Part shown: in pieces, positions 39,976 through 50,002 of the stretch
Position numbering within the stretch: position 1 is the stretch's first letter
Layout: every line of letters starts with the position of its first letter
Source of the DNA: Nitrospirales bacterium
Lineage (GTDB): Bacteria > Nitrospirota > Nitrospiria > Nitrospirales > UBA8639
Assembly: GCA_963422365.1 (NCBI GenBank)
Contig: OY729426.1
Coordinates: forward strand, 1,120,001 to 1,184,000
DNA: 64,000 nt
Direction of reading: 5' to 3'
Position numbers and translations under genes: made by a program
Notes under the pieces: generated by a model
The model's input: the letters and a program-made list of their open reading frames with translations, nothing else
What the model was told of the DNA's origin: nothing
Database searches by the model: none

Positions 39976-40227
39976 GTCCCCCCCCGTTCTCAAGGTAGGA
40001 CGCGCCACCATGGGCAGGCGGCACTTGAGGTTTACAACATTGCGTAGATTCTCAAGATTCTCTGAACCGACTTTGGCTCTCTCTTCGTCATGCGTGGAAG
40101 GATACAATGAGCGCTATAGTGACAAACTTTTGCAGGAAACCGCAAGACGAGTTTGTCAATCGTATGCTGGGTCTCACGAGATCAGGAGACGGCGTTGAAA
40201 AAAAACGTTGACGAACAGGGAAAAGAG

Positions 40228-41661
40228 TTATTGCGGTAGGTGTAAGACTAACAGCTTTTGTTCCGAGAGTTCTTGGACCGCATATTTGACGCCTTCACGT
40301 CCTAGTCCAGAATCTTTCATCCCGCCATATGGCATGTGATCGGCTCGAAACGTTGGAATTTCATTAGCCAACACCGTCCCGACGTCAAGGGTGTGATAGG
40401 CACGGAAAATCGAATTGACATCGCGTGTGAAAATGCCAGCCTGGAGTCCATAGGGGGAGTCATTCACCATATCGAAGGCCTGCTCAAGATGCTGATATCG
40501 AGAGAGGGTGATGACCGGACCAAAAACTTCTTCGCAAGAAATTTTCATGCGTTGGTCAACATCGGTCAAGACTGTGGGGTGCATCAAAGACCGATGACGA
40601 GTCCCGCCTGTCATGACTTGTGCCCCTTGCTGGACGGCTTCCTGGATCCAAGTCTCTACTCTGATGGCCGCGTGTTCATGAATCAAAGGACCAACGACCG
40701 TGGAATTGTCTGCCGGGTTCCCGATCGGGAGGGTCTCAACAAGAGGAAGTAACCGGTCGAGAAAGGCGTCATACACCTCGTCATGGATGTAAATGCGTTG
40801 GACGGAAATACAGGTCTGCCCGGAATACGAAAATCCACCCGTGACGCACCGTTGGGCGGCCATGTGAAGGTCGGCATCAGGTTCAATGATGACCGCCGCA
40901 TTTCCCCCCAGCTCAAGCAGGACACGTTTTTTTCCTGTTTTGCCTTTTAAGCTCCAGCCGACGCTGGCACTACCTGTAAAACTTAAGGCTTGAATTCTTG
41001 CATCGCGGACCATGGATTCTGCCAGGGAGTTTTCGCACGGCAGAATACTTAAGGTTCCTTCCGGGAGATCGAGTTCTTGAAAGAGCCGCCCTAACCGTAA
41101 CGCGGTTAACGGGGTTTGCGGAGCAGGCTTCAGCAGAATGGGATTGCCGACGGCCAGGCAAGGTGCAACTTTATGCGCAACTAAATTCAGGGGGAAATTA
41201 AAGGGCGTAATACACAGGACCGGTCCGATCGGCACTCGTTGCCACAGGCCCAGATGGCGTTCCATGCCGGGGCCGATATCCATCGGGATGACTTCTCCCG
41301 GTATCCGTTTGGCTTCCTCGCACGCGATCGAAAAGGTTTGAATCGCCCGGTCCACTTCACGTCGGGCATCGGTGATGGGCTTGCCCGCTTCCAGGCAGAT
41401 GGTTTGGGCAAAGGCTTCCTTTTGTTCTTTCAGCCTGCTGGCGAGGAGGTGAAGTGCTGTGGCACGGGTATGGGAAGAGGAGCGGGCAAGACGGGAAAAG
41501 GCTTTCAGGCTGAGGGTTACGGCCTCCTCGGTGTCTGCCGGTTGGGCAAGGCAAACATCTGCTATCGGGCTTTCGGTAAACGGGTTGCCCACGGCTTGAC
41601 GTGTCGGGGTTTCACGCCATTCAGAACCAACAAGGATAGGAGCAATGGTTTCCACAGACAC
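40228..41661 (-). CDS. Aldehyde dehydrogenase family protein
   Basis: ITPFNFP, FTGS, LELGGN, GQTCIS, EEVFGP, YGG.K.SG.GREG. Confidence 0.93.
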   Translation of the reverse strand: MSVETIAPILVGSEWRETPTRQAVGNPFTESPIADVCLAQPADTEEAVTLSLKAFSRLARSSSHTRATALHLLASRLKEQKEAFAQTICLEAGKPITDARREVDRAIQTFSIACEEAKRIPGEVIPMDIGPGMERHLGLWQRVPIGPVLCITPFNFPLNLVAHKVAPCLAVGNPILLKPAPQTPLTALRLGRLFQELDLPEGTLSILPCENSLAESMVRDARIQALSFTGSASVGWSLKGKTGKKRVLLELGGNAAVIIEPDADLHMAAQRCVTGGFSYSGQTCISVQRIYIHDEVYDAFLDRLLPLVETLPIGNPADNSTVVGPLIHEHAAIRVETWIQEAVQQGAQVMTGGTRHRSLMHPTVLTDVDQRMKISCEEVFGPVITLSRYQHLEQAFDMVNDSPYGLQAGIFTRDVNSIFRAYHTLDVGTVLANEIPTFRADHMPYGGMKDSGLGREGVKYAVQELSEQKLLVLHLPQ

Positions 41662-41766
41662 TGGGATGGGAGGAACGTAGACAGAGAAATGAGAAGCTCA
41701 TTTATACCATAATATCTCTTCTGGAGAGCGTGCGACGAAGAACCTCAATCCTTCCTGCCGAGATCC

Positions 41767-41819
41767 GGAGGGCCGCATCTCATGCGGTCTAAAAAGGCGC
41801 GATACGATCGCGCGGCTAC
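41767..41819. repeat. GTAG-type REP pair
   Basis: AGGGCCGCATCTCATGCGGTC ... GGCGCGATACGATCGCGCGGCTAC. Confidence 0.7.
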
Positions 41820-41874
41820 TTCTAGTTTGACCCGTGCAGCCAGACTTGTATGATCAAGAGGTTTCCCGCGCATC

Positions 41875-42579
41875 TTATAAGGGCTCGGAAGAAAGTTTGG
41901 GGGAAGATACCGTTTGGAGCAGCTTGTCGATCTCTTCCTTGAACACTTCGTAGGGAAATGCGCCGGGGATGGCGATAGCTTCTTGAGGACGATCCGTGAC
42001 ATACAAAATAAAATGAGGGGTACCTCGGATACCCAGTTGTCCTCCCTTCCTTCGATCTTCAAAAATGTCTTGTGTATATCGTGATTCCTCAAGGCATGAG
42101 GCAAATTGTCGGGCGTCGATCTGAAGCTCTTCAGCCTGCTGCTGAAGTTGTGTCGGCGAAAAGTTGTTGCGGCTTGAAAATAAACGGTCGTGCATCGCCC
42201 AATACTGTCCCTGTTCACCTGCGCATCGTGCAGCCAAGGCGGTATCCACACTCGGACCGCTGGGGGCCCGTGGGAAATCACGATACACTAGGCGCATCTT
42301 GCCGGTGTCAATGTATTCGGAAAACAGACTGGGCCAGGTTTCCCGGAAAAATTTTTCGCAATACCCGCACGTAAAATCTGAATATTCCAAAAGGGTGAGC
42401 GAAGCCTGAGGATTACCCCTGACCCGGTCATCTTCCTGGGTAAACATATTGTCGGCTTGGGTACTGGCAGAAAACATGAGCCCAAGGCTTAAAACCGCAA
42501 TCGTCAGCCACCCGACGATTTTCGAACGCCAGGATGGCGTTGGGGAAGGCCTATACGCCGATGGTGAAGAGGTATTCAT
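41875..42579 (-). CDS. DsbA/thioredoxin-fold protein
   Basis: EYSDFTCGYC, YRDFP, GIRGTP; N-terminal signal or TM segment. Confidence 0.88.
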   Translation of the reverse strand: MNTSSPSAYRPSPTPSWRSKIVGWLTIAVLSLGLMFSASTQADNMFTQEDDRVRGNPQASLTLLEYSDFTCGYCEKFFRETWPSLFSEYIDTGKMRLVYRDFPRAPSGPSVDTALAARCAGEQGQYWAMHDRLFSSRNNFSPTQLQQQAEELQIDARQFASCLEESRYTQDIFEDRRKGGQLGIRGTPHFILYVTDRPQEAIAIPGAFPYEVFKEEIDKLLQTVSSPKLSSEPL

Positions 42580-42784
42580 CGTGTTTCCCTTCTCATGAAG
42601 AAAACCATTTTTCATAGTGTGGGTTGACGGAAGCCATCTGTCAACCCGTGTGTCAGGTGCTGCCAGGAGTCGCTTCGTCAAAACTCTGTTGTCATGAGTC
42701 GTCCGACTCTTATTGTACATGAAAATGGGGTGGCTCTGCGAGAAAGACCAGAAGCCGGGGTGTTTACAACGCACTCGTGCGCTG

Positions 42785-43897
42785 TTATGGCTTGGCAGAT
42801 CCTGATTGAGAAGAGGAGGGCCCTTCAAGTAAGGCCATGAGCAAAAGCGGCCAGACCACTGTCGCGTCACTCAACACTTCTGCGAATCGTCCTCCTTCTT
42901 CAGGTGGAACAAATTTCCCCCAAGAGATGCCCTCCTGATAGGTGCAGCCACTGAGACCTCCCCAATAATCAGGCTCCGGGCAAATGCGGACGCCATAGTG
43001 GAATCGGGGCGGGGTGAGGGTGGTGCCTACCCGCATATTCAAAATTTCGATGTACGGAGGAACTTGTTGAGCCCAATTGCGGGGAACGCCGCCACCAATG
43101 GTAAAGATTCCCAGTCGCTTGGCGCCCAAGAGGTGGTGCGTATAACTATTGAGATCGAGAAACGGATTAAAGGCCGGGCGACGTTGTTGTAAGCGTTCCC
43201 AAGTCGCCTGGTCATCGTCCGGTTTGGGTTCTGCGCTCGATTGAGTCGGCCCCTGATCTTTCATGGACCAGATGGAAGTATCAAGGCCTAATTCGGAATC
43301 CGTAAATGCGGGAATGTAAACCGGGACCTGTTGCAGGAATGCACTTTTGAGGATACCCTGACCGGGAAATTGTTCCGTCAGCGTCCGACCCAGTTCCCGA
43401 GTCAGAAGTTCTGAAGAGAGCGGTTCGTCGGGATGGAGTCGATTCAGGGTGACAGCGGCCACTTGCTCGACGTGGTTCAGATTCAATTCCATTTCGAGTG
43501 TGTCATAGACCCGATTATACCCCTTTTCAAAGAGTTCAACGTCATTCATCGACGGCTGATATTTATAATGAGTTTGTCCAACGGCTTCGCTCATGCCATG
43601 GGCCATCAACGCACCGGTAGAGACGATGGCTTGGACCATCCCTCGATCAAGCATGGCACAGATCATTTTCCCCATTTTGGCAATGGTCATGGCACCTGAA
43701 AGCGTCATGACCACAAAACAGTCGGGATCCTGAATCATGGCTTTGAGAACTTCAAAGGCTTCCCCGAGCCGTCGGCCCCCAAAGGCGGTTTTTTTCATCG
43801 CGGTCAGAAGATCGGAGAAAGAATGAACGTGTGCAGGATCGAGGGCTTCCAACGCCTCGAGCCCATCGTCATCCCCATCATGAAAGGTTCGCATCAT
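42785..43897 (-). CDS. Deoxyhypusine synthase-like protein
   Basis: TLSGAM, STGALMAH, RVYD, PAFTDSELG, IGGGVPRNW, GGLSG.T..EGISWGKF (catalytic Lys). Confidence 0.9.
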   Translation of the reverse strand: MMRTFHDGDDDGLEALEALDPAHVHSFSDLLTAMKKTAFGGRRLGEAFEVLKAMIQDPDCFVVMTLSGAMTIAKMGKMICAMLDRGMVQAIVSTGALMAHGMSEAVGQTHYKYQPSMNDVELFEKGYNRVYDTLEMELNLNHVEQVAAVTLNRLHPDEPLSSELLTRELGRTLTEQFPGQGILKSAFLQQVPVYIPAFTDSELGLDTSIWSMKDQGPTQSSAEPKPDDDQATWERLQQRRPAFNPFLDLNSYTHHLLGAKRLGIFTIGGGVPRNWAQQVPPYIEILNMRVGTTLTPPRFHYGVRICPEPDYWGGLSGCTYQEGISWGKFVPPEEGGRFAEVLSDATVVWPLLLMALLEGPSSSQSGSAKP

Positions 43898-44055
43898 CAG
43901 GTTCCCTGATTGTGACCGTGGCCAACACGAGTTGGGGCGTTGTGAAAAAAGACGAGATGGGATCAACAGGGGATCTTGCCCACCCTAAAAGACCCGACTG
44001 GCCGAAGAGATATTTCGTCATGAGGTAATGACTGATAAACGTTTGGGATGAGAAA

Positions 44056-44133
44056 TGGTGGTCCCAACGGGATTTGAACCCGTGTCTGCACCTTGAGAGG
44101 GTGCCGTCCTGGGCCAAGCTAGACGATGGGACC
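44056..44133 (-). tRNA. tRNA-Glu (anticodon CTC), CCA encoded
   Basis: Reverse complement GGTCCCATCGTCTAG...GCACC-CTCTCAA-GGTGC...GGTTCAAATCCCGTTGGGACCACCA folds into a cloverleaf. Confidence 0.96.
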
Positions 44134-44302
44134 GCCTATAGGGTTACGGTGTGTATGCTCGGTACGTCCTGAAAAACCTGTAAGCCCATCAATCAAGCAT
44201 GATCGATGCGTTGAAACCACAAAACTCTACCATTACCGAAACGCGCCGTGCAATCGAAGAGAGCAGATTCCGGTGGATGGGAGGTGAGAGGGGTTGGCTG
44301 TT

Positions 44303-45040
44303 TCAGGAATCTTGCAACGTTGAAGACGGTGAGGAAGAAGCATGGTGTTTGATGTGAACGCCGTCTGGCGATCCAATGATTAACGTCGAGGTCCGGTTGA
44401 CAAAGAGCCCGTTTTCCACGACTCCCGGTATGAGATTGAGACGCGCTTCGAGTTGAACGGGGTTCTTGATTGAGTCCACCAGAAAATCAAGAATATAATG
44501 GCCTCCGTCAGTCTGAAACGCCCTTCCCTGTTTTTTCCTAAGCATCGGGACACCTCCCAAGGTTTGAAGCTGTTTGGCGGACTGTGGCCATCCGAACGGG
44601 GTCACTTCCACGGGAACAGGTATGGGCTTGCCCAACACCGGGGCGCATTTCGTGTGATCGACCAGGACAATAAACGTGCGCGCGGCGGCAGCCACGATTT
44701 TTTCTCGTAGCAAGGCCCCTCCACCACCCTTAATCAAGTGAAACTGGGAATCAACTTGATCCGCCCCATCAACCACCACGTCTAAGTCCCATTCTCCTTC
44801 TTCGGGAAGTAGAGGAATGTGTAATTGTTTCGCCAATGCAGCGGTTTCGGGCGATGTGGGTACGCCTTGAATCCGTAGTCCGGCTTGCACTCGTGTGCCG
44901 AGGGCCAGAAGAAAATATTTCACAGTGGAGCCGGTGCCTAGACCCACGAGAGCACCCTCGTGGATCAAGTCCACGGCGGCTTCGCCCGCGGCGCGTTTCC
45001 CGGTTTCTTGCGGATCGGGAGATGGTGGGGAAACCATCAT
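44303..45040 (-). CDS. rpiA: Ribose-5-phosphate isomerase A
   Basis: GLGTGST, DGADQVD, IKGGGGALLREKIVA, PGVVENGLF. Confidence 0.96.
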   Translation of the reverse strand: MMVSPPSPDPQETGKRAAGEAAVDLIHEGALVGLGTGSTVKYFLLALGTRVQAGLRIQGVPTSPETAALAKQLHIPLLPEEGEWDLDVVVDGADQVDSQFHLIKGGGGALLREKIVAAAARTFIVLVDHTKCAPVLGKPIPVPVEVTPFGWPQSAKQLQTLGGVPMLRKKQGRAFQTDGGHYILDFLVDSIKNPVQLEARLNLIPGVVENGLFVNRTSTLIIGSPDGVHIKHHASSSPSSTLQDS

Positions 45041-45047
45041 GGATGGC

Positions 45048-46103
45048 TTACGAATCCGTGCCCATGCTCGCGGCCACAGAAGCCGCGCCGAGAAGGGCGG
45101 CTTTGTCGTTCATGATGACGTGGATTGGAATCGATGAGAGCAGCCGTTTATACCGTCCTTTGTTGACGAAGGCTTGCGCAAAGCGCTGCTCGCGGATCTT
45201 ATCGAGAATTTGGGGAACAATACCGCCGCCAAGATACACTCCGCCCTGTGCCAACGTTTTCAGGGCGCAATTCCCGGCTTCCCCAGCCAGAATGGAAACG
45301 AAGACCTCCAAAGCCTGTACGCAAATATCAGGCTTGCCGGCGAGCCCGGCTTCAGCGATCAGAGCCGGGGGGTCTCCGGTGGGAAGGCGTTCGGCAAACC
45401 AGGTCGGCTCATTTTTCTTGGTATCACGGAGAAACTGATAGATGGCATGCAGGCCATTTCCAGATAAAACCCGTTCGAAACTGATGTGCAGAAAACTCGT
45501 GCGAAGGTACCGAAGGAGGTCGATCTCAAGATCGCTTGTCGGGGCAAAGCTGGCATGTCCGCCTTCGGACGGCAACACATGATAACGCTTCCCATCCCAA
45601 TAAAGAATGGCCTCTCCCAATCCGGTCCCCGGAGCGATCAGGACTTTTGTGCCGCCTTCCTGCCTTTCGCCGTGGACCACTTCGGTTTCTTCCGGTTCAA
45701 GGGCCAGCACGCCGTAGGCCATGGCTTCGACGTCATTAAGTAAGCGCACGCATGAGGTATTTAAGGTGTCGGTCAAGGCGTGACCATCGATCGTCCACGG
45801 GAGATTTGTGGTGCGGCAGCGGTTGTCGACGATTGGGCCGGCCACGCCGAAACAGGCCGCTTGAAGAGGCAGAGTCGGGGAAATCCGGACGGGTTCCTCC
45901 TCAACGTCCGTGTCTTCTGATCCTTCTTCATCGTCTTTCTCAGGGGGGGCGGGGGGCTGTAAAAATTCTTCGAGGATTTCCTCAAAAGATTCGAAGTCTG
46001 CATTCCAGAACTTCTCCTCCCGAATAGGGGCTACGCGCGTCTCTTGCCAATCAAACAATCCAAGGTAGGTTTTGGTTCCGCCAATGTCTCCCGCTACAAT
46101 CAT
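45048..46103 (-). CDS. glk: Glucokinase
   Basis: GDIGGT, AGP, TNLPW, LNDVEA, PGTGLG, SEGGH, ERVLSG, GVYLGGG. Confidence 0.94.
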   Translation of the reverse strand: MIVAGDIGGTKTYLGLFDWQETRVAPIREEKFWNADFESFEEILEEFLQPPAPPEKDDEEGSEDTDVEEEPVRISPTLPLQAACFGVAGPIVDNRCRTTNLPWTIDGHALTDTLNTSCVRLLNDVEAMAYGVLALEPEETEVVHGERQEGGTKVLIAPGTGLGEAILYWDGKRYHVLPSEGGHASFAPTSDLEIDLLRYLRTSFLHISFERVLSGNGLHAIYQFLRDTKKNEPTWFAERLPTGDPPALIAEAGLAGKPDICVQALEVFVSILAGEAGNCALKTLAQGGVYLGGGIVPQILDKIREQRFAQAFVNKGRYKRLLSSIPIHVIMNDKAALLGAASVAASMGTDS

Positions 46104-46151
46104 GATGCTCCTTTTTTGTCATCCTTCGCTCAAGGCAGGTTCTCTGTATTT

Positions 46152-46190
46152 GTAGCGGCTTCAAAAGGCGCCATACGCTGGCGCAGCTAC
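46152..46190. repeat. Degenerate GTAG-type REP
   Basis: GTAGCGGC ... GGCGCCATACGCTGGCGCAGCTAC. Confidence 0.55.
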
Positions 46191-46349
46191 AGATATTGGG
46201 AAACCGGCTCCGATACGGGGGATGGTTCCACGACCATTTGATTTTTTCGGTAGCCTGAAACTCGATGGATCAATCACCATGTTCGACAACAGCCACCATA
46301 AAAGAAGCATATGACGGTTTGCAACGAGGTGGGACTCGGGTGATAACTG

Positions 46350-46832
46350 TTAACCCTGAATGAGCGGCGTCCATCGTGAAAAACGGGCGGCTTGTCCTTG
46401 TGTGGTCCCGTGATCGTCCAGGATAGTCCATACCGTGGCCTGTTTCACGAGAAAACGTCGGCCCGTTCGTGAAATGCGTACCCCCTGGTAATCGGTGAGA
46501 CATCCGTGCGTGGCTGTCTGCTCGAGCATTCGAGCCCGCTCAGTTTGATTCACGGGTTCCGCGGTGAATCGTGAAGGGGTTGCGATAAATTCCTGCCAAG
46601 TCATTTCCCACAAGGCGAGCGCCTGTTGATTGCCGTAATTGAGGATGGGGTCTTCCGCATTGGTGTGAGAGGCCACCACAAAAGGGGAAAAATAGAGCCG
46701 TTTGCTTTGTTCCTCCATCGTGCCCATTCGGTCGATGAGTTCGTGTTTCAACCAGAACGCATAGCTCTCCAGGAGCCAGCGAATCCAGGTGAGGTCGAAA
46801 GGAGGCAATGTCTCAGAGAAACCTGGATTCAT
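46350..46832 (-). CDS. MEKHLA-domain protein
   Basis: PFVVASH...DPILNYGN..AL.LWE, PSRFTAE, YQGVRISRTGRRF. Confidence 0.88.
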   Translation of the reverse strand: MNPGFSETLPPFDLTWIRWLLESYAFWLKHELIDRMGTMEEQSKRLYFSPFVVASHTNAEDPILNYGNQQALALWEMTWQEFIATPSRFTAEPVNQTERARMLEQTATHGCLTDYQGVRISRTGRRFLVKQATVWTILDDHGTTQGQAARFSRWTPLIQG

Positions 46833-47347
46833 GGGTCACCAATCCGGTGGCACGTGGTCAAAATCTGAGAGGCGATGTCCTCTGGTGAAGCGTGATCGGT
46901 CGCAATGACGTGATCGGTCGCAGCCTGATATTTCGGAGTTCGTTCGGTCAGGACGTCTTGAATTTCCTCGAGAAACGTCTTCCCTGTGGTGAGCGAAGGG
47001 CGTTGCGTATCCTCTGAGATGCGCTGCGCAATCGTCGCAACCGTCGCGGTCAGCCAAAACACCAGGCCATTGGGCTTGAGGATATCCATATTGTTCGTTC
47101 TGAGAATAATCCCGCCGCCGGTATCAATGACCAAATGATCCTGTTCTTTGAGTGCTGAGCATACCTCGGTTTCGAGGTCTCGAAAATGGTCCCAGCCTTC
47201 TTGTGCGACAATGTCCGGAATGGTCTTCTGCGCCTGCTCGACAACGTGGGCATCCGTGGAAACCATCTGCCACCCGAGTTCTGCGGCGAGGATCTTGGCG
47301 ACGGTGCTTTTCCCAGTTCCTCGATAACCAATCAGCACGAGATTCAT
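46829..47347 (-). CDS. aroK: Shikimate kinase
   Basis: LIGYRGTGKST, FRDLE, DTGGG, RPSL, ERTPKY. Confidence 0.92.
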   Translation of the reverse strand: MNLVLIGYRGTGKSTVAKILAAELGWQMVSTDAHVVEQAQKTIPDIVAQEGWDHFRDLETEVCSALKEQDHLVIDTGGGIILRTNNMDILKPNGLVFWLTATVATIAQRISEDTQRPSLTTGKTFLEEIQDVLTERTPKYQAATDHVIATDHASPEDIASQILTTCHRIGDP

Positions 47348-48198
47348 GAAAAGGAAGACTCCAAGACCCGTCGCATGACGGTGATCGGCGCCTGTTGGCC
47401 CGTCCACAACTCGAATTGTGCAACGGCCTGATGCAGGAACATTTCTAATCCGCGAATGGTCCGGCATCCGGCTTCCCGAGCGTCCTTCAGCAATCGCGTG
47501 TCTAATGGGTTGTAGACAATGTCCATGACCGTCAGATTTGGATTCAAAAGGTGCGTGGGTACACAGGTATTGTCAATGTGGGGGGTCATGCCCACGGGCG
47601 TGCAGTGGATCATGAGTTGAGATTGAGCCAAGAGCGGCTCCAAGGTTTCCGCAGTAAGCGGTCGGTCGTCAATGGGAAGCCTCGTGCCTTCACGAAGATC
47701 GTTGGCCAGCAGTTGGCGTTCCTCTTCTTCCACCCCTAGGATGGTGAGTTGCCTGATGGGCGTGTTCAGGGCCAGTCCGAACGCAATGGCCCGGGCAGCT
47801 CCGCCGGATCCAAGAATGACCGCCTGTGTCTCCGCGAGTTCGACCCCAGCATGGTGCAAGGCCTGGAGAGCCCCGGAGGCGTCGGTATTACATCCCGACA
47901 GCGTGTGCCCCGATTTGACGATGGTATTCATGGCGCCGATGTGTTGCGCCGTGGGGTCAATGGTATCAAGCAGCGGCATGACCGAGACTTTATGAGGAAT
48001 CGTCACGCTGAACCCTCTCAGGTTCCCCAAGGCGCGGATGCCTTGAATGGCCTGAGGGAGGTCTTCCACGGGAAACGCCATGTACACGTAGTTCAGTCCC
48101 AAGTGTTGAAACGCCGCATTATGAATGGCTGGCGAAAGCGAATGCTTCACCGGATGGCCAAGAACTCCACACAATTGCGTGTCGGTATCGATGTCCAT
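47344..48198 (-). CDS. aroE: Shikimate dehydrogenase
   Basis: HSLSPAIHN, VTIPHK, GAMNT, NTD, GSGGAARA, DIVYNP, GLEMFLHQA. Confidence 0.96.
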   Translation of the reverse strand: MDIDTDTQLCGVLGHPVKHSLSPAIHNAAFQHLGLNYVYMAFPVEDLPQAIQGIRALGNLRGFSVTIPHKVSVMPLLDTIDPTAQHIGAMNTIVKSGHTLSGCNTDASGALQALHHAGVELAETQAVILGSGGAARAIAFGLALNTPIRQLTILGVEEEERQLLANDLREGTRLPIDDRPLTAETLEPLLAQSQLMIHCTPVGMTPHIDNTCVPTHLLNPNLTVMDIVYNPLDTRLLKDAREAGCRTIRGLEMFLHQAVAQFELWTGQQAPITVMRRVLESSFS

Positions 48199-48421
48199 GA
48201 AGGCTCCTGCGTGTGAATTTGGAGTAACCCCACGATTGGGGTCAACAGGTTCCGGAAGTGGTAATTATCACACAATGATTGTCACAAACTCAACGCCCCC
48301 AAATGGCTGAGAAGATCGCTGATACCCCTGTTCAACATTTCGATGGCAAGCAAACAATGGAGTTCATGAAACAGGGAAGAGAAAGCTGGAACCAAGAGGA
48401 AAGGAGAAACGAGAAGAGAAG

Positions 48422-49852
48422 TCAGAATGACCGAGGGACGTCGAAATTCACGCGGAGATTCAGTGACCCCACATGGATAGTGGTATCCCATACTCCATGG
48501 ACCCGAGGATTCTCATTGTTAAAAATTCCACGGGATTGGTAGAAAATGCCCTGATAGGCCACATCGAATCCTATGGCGGTCACACCCAGACCATCCTGAC
48601 GGGTCCCGCAAGGGATCACGCCCAGAAAGACTCCGCCGCGCTGACATAGAAACCCGATTCCGGCAGAGTACGAATGAGAATTGGACCCGGGAATGTCCGG
48701 CCTGAACGTTCGTTCCGGCACCGGGCTGTCGGCAAATACGTAACCGCCCCGAATGGCCACGTCCCAAGACGGCAACAGGGCAGGCTTGACGAATTTGTAT
48801 TCGGTGCCGACCATCACGACATACGAACTTTGCCAGTTTCGTGGGCTGGGAATAACTAGGCCATTGGCCAGGGTCACATCAAGGTGGTCGAACGAGGTCC
48901 AATCCACGTAATCCAAATCAATTTCCACCTTCCACTCGCGTTGGGCATCCCGTATGGGCCACACCGCAAGACCGGCAGTGACAACTTGTGGCAGATTCAG
49001 TTCAGTTTTCGCTCCCAACACAACCCCTTGACTCTTGTTCAAAAACTGTCCGGTCAAGTTCAATGTCGCCCGGCTTCGAAAGACAAACGCGAAATTGACC
49101 AGGGGTTGCTCTTGCTCATTACGAAAAGGCGTAAACAGAAGACCAACGTGATACCCAACGGCCGTATCCCGGCCATTCAGTTCGAGTTCGTCGTCGGGGC
49201 CAACAGGGAAACCGGCTTGAGCGAGGTCTGCACCGGTTTGTTGCATCTCTATGTGGCCCTCGCCGAATAAGTCGGAGAACGTATAAAGATCCAACCCGGC
49301 TCCAAGCGCGAACAAAGGATGCACCCTGAACGCCACGGTCGGGGTAATGTCTACAATCGGGGCAGCCGAGCTTGTGAGGACGGGAGCGAGGCTTGAATCA
49401 CGGGGATAGTGCGTGAGATTGCCAAAGGCCGAATAGACCCCCAGTCCCAGCGTCAAAGAATCGAACGAAGGAACACCCAAATCACTGAGCCTGGCGGTTA
49501 CGAAGAAACTGCTCGGCGGAGGGTTGGCAAAGGGACTGCCAACGTCACCTTCAATGGGCGGTCCTGAGGGGGGGCTGACATCAATGTCCCCATTCACGAG
49601 AAGCGTCCCAGCCGTCATTTGAAGGCCCCGTAGGTCTGTCATGGCTGCCGGGTTGAAATGCACGGCTGACGGGTCATCGGCTTGGGCGGCAAAGGCTCCG
49701 CCTTGAGCCGTGGCCGCTGCGCTTTGGTCTAGAATTCTGAAGCCTTCGCCAAGGGCCGGGAAAGAAGAGCCTGCTGCCAGGATAAGTGCCAACAGTGCCC
49801 CAAGAAGCGTGGCCAACAAAGAAGGGCAGGGATGGGTTCTCTGCTGAATCAT
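48422..49852 (-). CDS. FadL/OmpP1-family outer membrane transport protein
   Basis: Signal peptide, GFRILDQSA...ADDPSAVHFNPA, alternating beta-strands, terminal Phe. Start uncertain. Confidence 0.85.
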   Translation of the reverse strand: MIQQRTHPCPSLLATLLGALLALILAAGSSFPALGEGFRILDQSAAATAQGGAFAAQADDPSAVHFNPAAMTDLRGLQMTAGTLLVNGDIDVSPPSGPPIEGDVGSPFANPPPSSFFVTARLSDLGVPSFDSLTLGLGVYSAFGNLTHYPRDSSLAPVLTSSAAPIVDITPTVAFRVHPLFALGAGLDLYTFSDLFGEGHIEMQQTGADLAQAGFPVGPDDELELNGRDTAVGYHVGLLFTPFRNEQEQPLVNFAFVFRSRATLNLTGQFLNKSQGVVLGAKTELNLPQVVTAGLAVWPIRDAQREWKVEIDLDYVDWTSFDHLDVTLANGLVIPSPRNWQSSYVVMVGTEYKFVKPALLPSWDVAIRGGYVFADSPVPERTFRPDIPGSNSHSYSAGIGFLCQRGGVFLGVIPCGTRQDGLGVTAIGFDVAYQGIFYQSRGIFNNENPRVHGVWDTTIHVGSLNLRVNFDVPRSF

Positions 49853-50002
49853 GGTGAATGGTGGCGAGCTGATCACTCGGGAGGAACATTTTACTCTACG
49901 TCAATGGGGTAGGGAAGGCAAGACAAGACAAGATGCTGAAATCGAAATCGACGGAAGGCAAAAAACACGGCTGTATTGTTGGAAGATGTGGGGTTCAGTA
50001 CA

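Noticed and set aside
44056..44133. tRNA-Glu as an integration site
   Set aside because: Flanked by housekeeping genes; I saw no integrase and no duplicated tRNA 3' end in the window.
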